From Acanthaster planci (taxonomy: Eukaryota), in NCBI RefSeq assembly GCF_001949145.1, contig NW_019091356.1, positions 4,074,934 to 4,138,933 on the forward strand: a DNA stretch of 64,000 nt, written 5' to 3'. The notes beneath the pieces are model-generated. The model saw only the letters and a list, made by a program, of their open reading frames with translations. It searched no databases and was not told the DNA's origin. The position numbers were made by a program, and so were the translations under genes. Shown here piece after piece: positions 55,998-64,000 of the stretch (within the stretch, counting starts at the first letter, position 1; every line of letters begins with the position of its first letter).

Positions 55998-56156
55998 TCA
56001 AACATTAATGAAATACCGCTGGACAGCAAGGCGTAGCTTTGGAAAACATATACATGTAAATTAAGCAATATACAATCACATGTACATTGTTACACATGCA
56101 GATAGTTAATATTGCACATCTCACTGGAAATCTGTGATGAACTGTGGTAGTGACTA

Positions 56157-56484
56157 TGTTACGCCCCAACTATAGCGTAGTGTTCCAACTATAGTTGAGA
56201 CAGTCCCAACTGTAGTGCTGCAGTTGGGCTGGCCCAACTATCGTTGGTCAATCTCTGTGGAGATTTTCTCAACCTTACTCCAAGTTTATGTGAGCTGCAT
56301 AAACTTGACTGGACAGAATTCATCTAAAATACAACACTTCATAAAAACCCTCATTTCAGCAAGCACGAGTTGCTGATGGAAACAAAATGACTTTGGCGTA
56401 TGCTTTGGCACATATGGACACACTGTGCTGTGGTTGGGCTAGCCCAACTATAGTTGGGACTGATGCTGTAGTTGGGGCGTAACA
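56157..56484. mobile_element. MITE-like element with TGT...ACA ends in ARF-B intron 1
   Basis: TIR tgttacgccccaacta(t/c)agc matches 19/20. Many internal cccaactatag / ctatagttggg subterminal repeats. No clear TSD. Confidence 0.7.
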
Positions 56485-56572
56485 AATCTACTATGCCCTG
56501 ATAACATAAGCGTTCCATCAAATACGTGTTCACAGTCAAATCTAGAGGAACAGAAGTAGCTGATGACATCTA

Positions 56573-56740
<168 letters not shown>

Positions 56741-57779
56741 TTAAGAAACAGGTGGCACGTTAAGGACGATCAGTACAGCAGTACACGTGTACAGTGGGTT
56801 CGTTGGTTAACTGGGTCCGTGTACTAAATGGTCAATCTTGGACTACCTTTGAAGGGAACGGGGGCAAGGAAAAAAGTAAATAGTTAAATTTGAACATAGT
56901 GTTTCCTTTTCTGATAGCTGAAACAGGGTGCAATATTAAGAAGTCGTACAAGTGATCAACTGACATCTAAACTGCTGCCAAAGTTTTGGAAGAGCCCATT
57001 GGTACGTGTGGTATCTTATCGCTCAGTTCGTTTATAACATATGTCTTGACATAGAACAGCCGTCGAGACGATGAGGGGTCAAGTGACGTATTGTTCAACG
57101 ATCTTATTTTAAAGACGGCAACTGAGAGAGCGAGCCCATTAGATTGAATGGATGAAGGCAAAAAAAACCTGGAAATACCTCACTAACGTGAGTGAAATAA
57201 TTCAATAAATGGTTTTAAGAAAGCGGAAAAGTCAAGAATCATGTTCGTGTGCAAAAGAAATTGCGCCCACGAATCACGGTGATAAGTGGGTGCGCCGAAA
57301 ATGTTCAATACGCCGACACGAAATTGTGCATACGGATGTGTGGCTAAGGATGGATCCGGAGTGAGAGTCTGTGCCACAGTAGTGGGGCTACGGCTGTACG
57401 CACAGTATCATGACGATTTCGAGTTACATCTACGGCGGCCATCTTTCAGTTTCACCATTTCGAAACGAACGAGTTTAATGGGGGCGAAACCACACCACGA
57501 AAAATGCATATCATACATGTACATTGCACATGTACAAGAACTGCCGTGGCGAGCTTGGGGCGAAGTGATACGAACCGACGATAATTCGTCAACATTTTCA
57601 GGGAAAAACACTCATTCAGAGCACTTACATTCACATTTACCTATATCACGAACTACAGCTATGGTCCCCAGTAGTCAGAGAAACACAGAATATGTCTGTG
57701 AGTAAATTTCTGGCCAAAATGCACAGCACGCCAACACCAAATCTTCAACGTGGAAGAAAAAATCGTTGCTCACAAACGG

Positions 57780-57885
57780 TGCTGCACACGTCATCCAGTG
57801 ACGTCACGATGTCAAGCCTAGCCAATCACGTGAAGATAAAACGTGCATTATGCATAAAGTCGAGCATCAAGTTGACCGGAAACGT
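57780..57885 (-). promoter_or_regulatory. Putative promoter of ARF copy B
   Basis: CpG-rich cluster: ACACGTCA (57786-57793), palindromic CRE gTGACGTCAc (57798-57807), CCAAT (57822-57826), CACGTG (57827-57832), CCGGAA (57876-57881). Lies upstream of minus-strand donors at 57628 (GTAAGT) and 57640 and an acceptor at 56846 preceding the ATG exon. Confidence 0.55.
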
Positions 57886-57895
57886 AACGCGACTA

Positions 57896-58140
57896 GGGCC
57901 GTTTTCCAATACTCAACTTCGTCTCCGTCGGAGGCTTCGTTCCCAAAACCTATCCCCGATTTTGGGCCTGAAGCGTTTAAATTACATTGGATTACTGTAA
58001 TTTTTGGCTTTCTTGCATCTTATTTGATGTTCTGTGGCGCTATTAGACTGATTACTGAGCTTTCAGATTCAAAGTCAGCTAGTAAAAAAAAAAAGTTGAA
58101 GCCTTAGACGCAGCCGAAGTCGAGTATTGGAAAACGGCCC
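57896..58140. mobile_element. MITE with ~43-bp TIRs (PIF/Harbinger-like ends, tentative)
   Basis: Left gggccgttttccaatactcaacttcgtctccgtcggaggcttc versus reverse complement of right end gggccgttttccaatactcgacttcggctgcgtctaaggcttc (5 mismatches). 245 bp. TSD unclear. Confidence 0.8.
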
Positions 58141-61071
58141 CATAGGTCACACCTCTCCACAACTTGATGACTTGCTCGTTTGAACCTTTGAAAATCGTGA
58201 AGGCAATATTCCAATGTCCGACAGAAATATTCATGTAATGAAAATGTTTCCTCACTCAAATTGTCTTCGGTTAGATTTCAACTGAAATTCTAAAGCCCAA
58301 TCCCAGTATCTACAATTTGCCAACAAAAGAAAGCCAACAAACACACGTGGGAAGGGCTTCAGAGCACGGAGGAAGGGCACGTACCTTCCTCCATGATCAG
58401 GGGCGTGTTCTTTTTTTAGCTCACTGATAAAAGTCCCATATACCTCATTATGATCTGTTTACCCTCTTTATTCAAGCCAACAACAGAGAAATAACACAAA
58501 ACAAAAACTTTCATTTTCTGTGTATCATTCATTACTGTATCTATTTCCAAAATGATCTGACAAAGTTGGTCGTAAATACACTGAACAGAAATAAACCTCT
58601 TAAAAATGTTCACCAGTTAAATTTGGGCTGTCCCCGAAACTTATCATAAAACCAGTTGTGACACAATATTAAATTTTAATATCGGTGGAAATGGGCAAGG
58701 CTGTTCGTATGACAGCATGGAATCACGGGAAACATACAACAAGTTGAGCCCATGAGCATTGCACACAAAATGCCAATCCTGTGAAAAAAAACCACAAAAA
58801 ATCCACCTTTCATCGGCCCAAATCTACTCTACTTGCAAACGTTCTTAGCTGGATATGCAAACAGTTAAAATCACTTTTTCTTTCCTGTTTATATAGGCTA
58901 TGGTGTTATTTACTTGTGGTCACTTCCAAACAGAAGACCTGATGACCATGAAACTCCTCTTCCGAAAAAACTCAATGAGACAAACTACAAGAAGGCCTTA
59001 GAAATTGAAATTCTCCAAGTTCCACTGGAACATGGGCATATCCCCACTGCTGAGTCCAATGGCACACGAGATCTCTCATGTTCCCAAGTTAAACAATCTG
59101 ACAACTATTGGTATTGTTGGAGATTTAGACAGTTCCAAAACATTCCTATGTTACTGTCTTACCATACAGATGCAAACCATTTCTTCACTTTTCTGTCACA
59201 AGCGCGGGCTTCTTTGGCTTATAATCCAGTACAATTCTTTGCAAGTGCATTCAGCAATGTACAGTTGACAGCGGGATACCAAGTTAAAAGACCTGCCTTC
59301 AAGGTACCCTTCACAGGCAATTTGCTCCGTGAGCAGGTCTTCAAGTATTCGACAATGCAATGAGCCAGACAGGATATAAAGCACGAAACATTCTATGCTA
59401 TCTACTATTTGTACATGTACATAGTTTCTGATTAGGTTACAATGAGTGATACACCTTTATTTATATTGTAGGCACGTGTATGGCTGGATGATGTACAGTC
59501 CACAATATGAAGTTGATAACGTCCAAGTACATCTATTTCAAATACTCATAGTTTACAACCACGTATTTTGGGTGCAAGAACGGCAAACAGCTTGATAAAA
59601 CACACAGGAGGTTTTTGCTACGGCAAGAAATAACACGCATATGTATGGAAGCCACAACTTAGCGGCTTCACACATATAACGTAAATGAATGGGCCGCCTC
59701 TGGCTGCAGCCCATTCATTTGGACGTGGCCTTGGCTCTGGTCTTTGCTGGAACTAAGTCTGGTACCGATGACTTACATTATTACGCAATACTCTCTTGGG
59801 GGGGGGGCAAAGGCGCTCACAAGCACACCACATTACATTATCAGGGCTACACATTCCAATGGCTTTCACACGTTAGTTACATTAGCCGGAGAAATCTTAA
59901 TGATCTCCCGTGCAACATTTTGTGACTTTACATGACTTGTTTCAGTACATTTGTAAATATTACAAAGATAATTGCATGGTTGACCTTGCAAAGTGGTAAG
60001 TATATGCTTCATTACTGTACAAGTGACTTTCACAAGCAAATTTGCAGGTTTAAAGACAGGAGAAAATCCATCCTTATGTCCTGACGAAATACCAGCATTC
60101 AGAGAGAAAGGTTCAAAATGATTGCTTATTTATTCAACAGCCTTTGCTGCATCAAGCTTAACTACACTAAAAATCTTCCCTTCTAACTGCAGAGACATTA
60201 CAACAAAAACGTAAACTGAAACATGGAACAGAGCAACAACGCGTTATCAAGGTAAAAGAAAGGTGTTACTCTATCTGCCATTTACCTCTTTTACGTACCA
60301 GTCAGCGGCAGGTCTTGATTATATTAAGGGTGGCAACAGGCGCAAAAAAGCAAACACATAAATGGAACAATTAATTTACTGTTTCGCCAAAAAAAAAAAA
60401 GGAAAGGCACCGAAGTACAAGCAGTAACCCCCAATGTACAACACTGTGAATATTTAATACAAAGATGTTTTTCACAAAAACAATAAAAAAAAAATACATC
60501 ATACACCCCTTCTCCAAAACAGAAAAATTGACAAAATTATCTCTTTTTACAAAAAGACAAGCGGGGACACAAGCCAGACTGGCCATGAGACTGTACCACC
60601 CAAAACCCTCCTCTCATCAATGAACAGAAATTCTGTGTTCTGAATTTGAAGGCCAACCACCCAAATGACGTTACTTGTAAACAAAAGTATCACTGATTCA
60701 GTGACTATAAATGAACCCAATCGTGACCCAATTTCCATTTAAGTACACATTACCATGCATTAAAGTGACTTAAAGGTACACGTACCGCCAACCACAGCAC
60801 TGCTCTAAATCAACAAAGCCTGTATCAACAGAAAAGTTTTAGTGGACACCATCTGATGGACCTGTCACTGCATAACAGATACTATACTGGGGACCTTGCC
60901 TTTTCCATGTTCACCCCTTCCCCTACCGTTAAAGACTTTCTTCACAGCTATCTACTCGTGCAGTTTGGTACAAATATAAGTTGGCATGAAACTGGGGAAA
61001 TATACACTTTATTAAATCTTCTCATTTCTCCCTAAAAACATACGGAAAGAAAACGGTCTTATCCACCTCCA

Positions 61072-61334
61072 ACAAAGGTGTCCCCTATCCTCCCGCTCCC
61101 ACAAAGGTGTCCCCCTATCCTCCCACTCCCACAAAGGTGTCCCCTATCCTCCCGCTCCCACAAAGGTGTCCCCCTATCCTCCCGCTCCTACAAAGGTGTC
61201 CCCTATCCTCCCGCTCCCACAAAGGTGTCCCCTATCCTCCCACTCCTACAAAGGTGTCCCCTATCCTCCCACTCCCACAAAGGTGTCCCCTATCCTCCCA
61301 CTCCCACAAAGGTGTCCCCCCTATTCTCCTCACC
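61072..61334. repeat. Minisatellite, ~9 copies of a 29-30-nt unit, in ARF-C 3' UTR
   Basis: Unit acaaaggtgtcccc(c)tatcctccc(g/a)ctcc(c/t), starting at 61072, 61101, 61131, 61160, 61190, 61219, 61248, 61277 and 61306. Confidence 0.97.
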
Positions 61335-61363
61335 TTTTTTTTTCAACCTATATCTTATTCCCT

Positions 61364-61528
61364 TTACTTGGAGGTGTTTTTCAAATGAGAAGACAGCCAG
61401 TCAAGGCCCTCGTACAGACCGTCTCCACTGGTGGCACACGTTGCCTGGATGAACCACATTCGCCCTCGCAGACTGTGCAGGCCCAGCTTTTCGGTGACTT
61501 CAGCTGCGTTCATTGCATTGGGAAGATC
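61364..61528 (-). CDS. ARF1: ADP-ribosylation factor 1-like (copy C), coding exon 4
   Basis: Acceptor ccctctc[56 protein letters not shown]. Confidence 0.93.
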   Translation of the reverse strand, partial: DLPNAMNAAEVTEKLGLHSLRGRMWFIQATCATSGDGLYEGLDWLSSHLKNTSK

Positions 61529-61618
61529 CTGAGAGGGTTTGCAAACAAGACCCAGCCCCTTCAACATTGTTTTCGCAAACGGTGAAGGAAGTGCATGTAG
61601 GATGTGTACATCCATGGA

Positions 61619-61999
61619 CAAGTTTGATCAAGGACCCCTAGTTAACTAGTGAGTGGTTCGTGACGTACCTAGCATATGTGCAGTGAAGTTGAAGTGCAAA
61701 CGACCCTAGTCAACTGTTGTCAGGTCATTAGGCCAAAAGGGGGAAAAGGTAGCCGCAGAAAGGGCAAAGTAGCAAAAATAAAAGTGAAAATGGTCGTTCT
61801 CTAGCGACGTACTGTTTTTCCGGCATTTTTCTTATCACTGGTCCTCTCTGCACTGTGCTATTCAAATGATTTATGGCAGCCAACGATGTGACTAACCTTG
61901 ATAGGCTGGTCACAAATAGTTGACTAGACTAGGTCAACTATCGTGCATTCGATCAGAGTTAGTCAAACTATGGTTCAGTATGGTCCTTGATCAAACCTG
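61619..61999. mobile_element. MITE (hAT-like) in ARF-C intron 3
   Basis: TIR ca(a/g)gtttgatcaaggacc matches 17/18. Internal tagtcaact / agttgacta repeats. Flanking 8-mers tccatgga / cccaatga match only 5/8. Confidence 0.7.
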
Positions 62000-62858
62000 C
62001 CCAATGATTAACATCACTTTCCAAGCAGTGCCCACTTCCAAATATACATTTCCTTGAGTTCACAAGGACAAGTAAATCTTAACAGAGACACCAGAAGTTT
62101 GTCCAACTTTCTTCTGTCATAATCCCGACATGAACTGATTGTTTTTCCAAGAGTAAAAAACATGCACTGCACGCGTGTTCAGCAAGACTTCACTTTTTAT
62201 TTCGAGCAGACACTGGGAATATGGAACATAATATTTGCTGTTAACTGCTTGGAGAAAATAAGAAAATCTTCAAAGTTTGTGTGGCTGATGTTTCAACTGG
62301 AGCAGACTTTTCCCCAGAGTGACAGGGGAACAATTACGTGCAAGGAATCACGGAACCACCGCGAGTCTCACGCAGGGTGAGAGGAAGTGGGATAGGAGGA
62401 CCAGGCAGAAAAACGAGGGAAAGAACAGGATGGTGGGCCATGGGGAGTATGGTGGTGGCTGCGGTGGTGAGCGGATGAAGGAATGTGGAACCCATGGGTG
62501 GTGATGGATCCCACCTATGGATATTGGAATGTTGATGGTGATGTACTGATGTTTGGATTTTCCTCCATCAGAAGCCATAGCATTGGACCAAGCAAACCTC
62601 GCGATTACCATGGTTACCAGCTGGCACACTGTGCTTAGGTCCCAAAAAGTTCTAATTCTGATTGGATGCCTCTCAAAAAAAGGATCGGTTGGCCAGAAAG
62701 ATAAGGGGGTACACTTTTTTCATTTATCAATTTTAACTTGATGAAAAATTTTTTCAGGGTTGTGCCAAAAAATTAGTGTCGATCAGGAAAAAGGGAGCAG
62801 ACTTTTTTCTGGGCCTTATATTTACTAGGAGTCATTTTCAGCAGCAAGAATATCTGAC

Positions 62859-62983
62859 CTGTTTGTTTGCAAACACCAGAAGATGGGATTCCCTCAGTTC
62901 GTCTTCATTCAGCATTCTGAAGAGCTCCTCTCTAGCTTCACCTATTCGCTCTCTGTCGTTGCTGTCAACCACAAATATTAAGC
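62859..62983 (-). CDS. ARF1: ADP-ribosylation factor 1-like (copy C), coding exon 3
   Basis: 125 nt. [42 protein letters not shown]. Confidence 0.93.
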
Positions 62984-63048
62984 CTGCAGAGACAAAGGAG
63001 ACAACTACTTAATCTCTGTCTAGAGACTGAGGGAGTATGAAAAGAATG

Positions 63049-63533
63049 TAGGGCTGTGCCAAATATCCAAATAACCCAATATTCGATCGATTAATGTCGA
63101 ATATTTGAATCTTATTTTTCGAATTTGAATATTTGAACGCGAAATTCATGAAAAGGAAGGAAACATTTTCTTTTGTTTTAAATGAGAAAACTTGCACTAT
63201 GAAGGCTTGTTTCAAGCAGATTCAAATGAAAAGCGTCAGAAATCTTACAACGATTTAAAAAATAAATTATTCATTAAACAATTTAAAAGCAATAGAAATT
63301 TTCAACCGTTCAAGAAGTCTTGTTCATCTCTTCAATTTTGCTATCATGGCTGGAGATGGTCCTAGATGTGAGAAGCTATTATATTGATCATAATGTCAAA
63401 TTGTGTGTGTTATTGCAACTGATTTTGTATATGGTTTGTTCATCAACAATCTACCGGTCAGTGTAACCGGATATCCGATCAAGTTGAAGGTCAAATATTC
63501 GAATAGTGAATTATTCGAATTGACTCAGCACTA
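63049..63533. mobile_element. hAT-type MITE in ARF-C intron 2
   Basis: Ends tagggctg...cagcacta, tattcgaat-type subterminal repeats at both ends, decayed 8-bp TSD aaagaatg / aaagcctg (6/8). Confidence 0.7.
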
Positions 63534-63612
63534 AAAGCCTGAAGAACTAAATTACTGTCAACAGTTCAAGATCCTTTATGCTGCAGTGTAATTAAATATA
63601 AGGACCAATTCA

Positions 63613-63855
<243 letters not shown>

Positions 63856-63995
63856 TTAGTGTTTATCCAATTTTTAGACGGCATGAAATCCTGACAACAT
63901 TCCCCACTACTTGTACATGACTGAAATTTAACATCATTAACATTCAAAACCACAGCGTCAGCAACACAGACGAATAAATTTACACTACAACTCAC

Positions 63996-64000
63996 CAATT
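63996..64000 (-). CDS. ARF1: ARF copy C, last 5 nt of coding exon 1 (rest outside window)
   Basis: Minus strand reads aATTG|GTGAGT, the same exon-1 end as copies A and B. Confidence 0.7.

Noticed and set aside
61072..61334. Array of ~29-nt direct repeats as a CRISPR array
   Set aside because: Units are contiguous with no unique spacers, there are no cas genes, and the DNA is eukaryotic. It is a minisatellite; the overlapping ORFs at 61078-61585 are repeat artefacts.

Overview
This is eukaryotic, intron-rich animal DNA. Gene content and repeat types suggest an invertebrate deuterostome, probably an echinoderm; this is inference. Left to right: (1) the last four coding exons of an integrin alpha subunit (+ strand, TM helix and GFFKR tail). 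(2) A multi-exon BTB-BACK 'serine-enriched protein' (gprs-like) gene (+, coding ~17.2-40.5 kb) with candidate alternative first exons. (3) Two intronless rhodopsin-class GPCRs (NRW motif, melatonin/moody-like) nested antisense in its 11-kb intron; one is intact and one carries a single in-frame CAA>TAA stop. (4) A third intronless GPCR tail-to-tail with the BTB gene. (5) A possible death-domain relic. (6) A head-to-tail array of at least three class I ARF GTPase genes (- strand) with identical exon structure: one frameshifted, one intact (181 aa), one cut by the window edge. The strongest signal is that the switch-region exon of the three ARF copies is nearly identical at the nucleotide level (2-4 differences in 111 nt), while neighbouring exons are ~15-20% diverged and the introns are unrelated, pointing to exon-limited gene conversion. 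A parallel conversion-like tract covers ICL3 of the GPCR pair. The ARF introns hold several MITEs, a duplicated in-frame splice acceptor and a Helentron-like element, and a G-rich minisatellite sits just after one ARF stop codon. All splice models and mismatch counts were read by eye.
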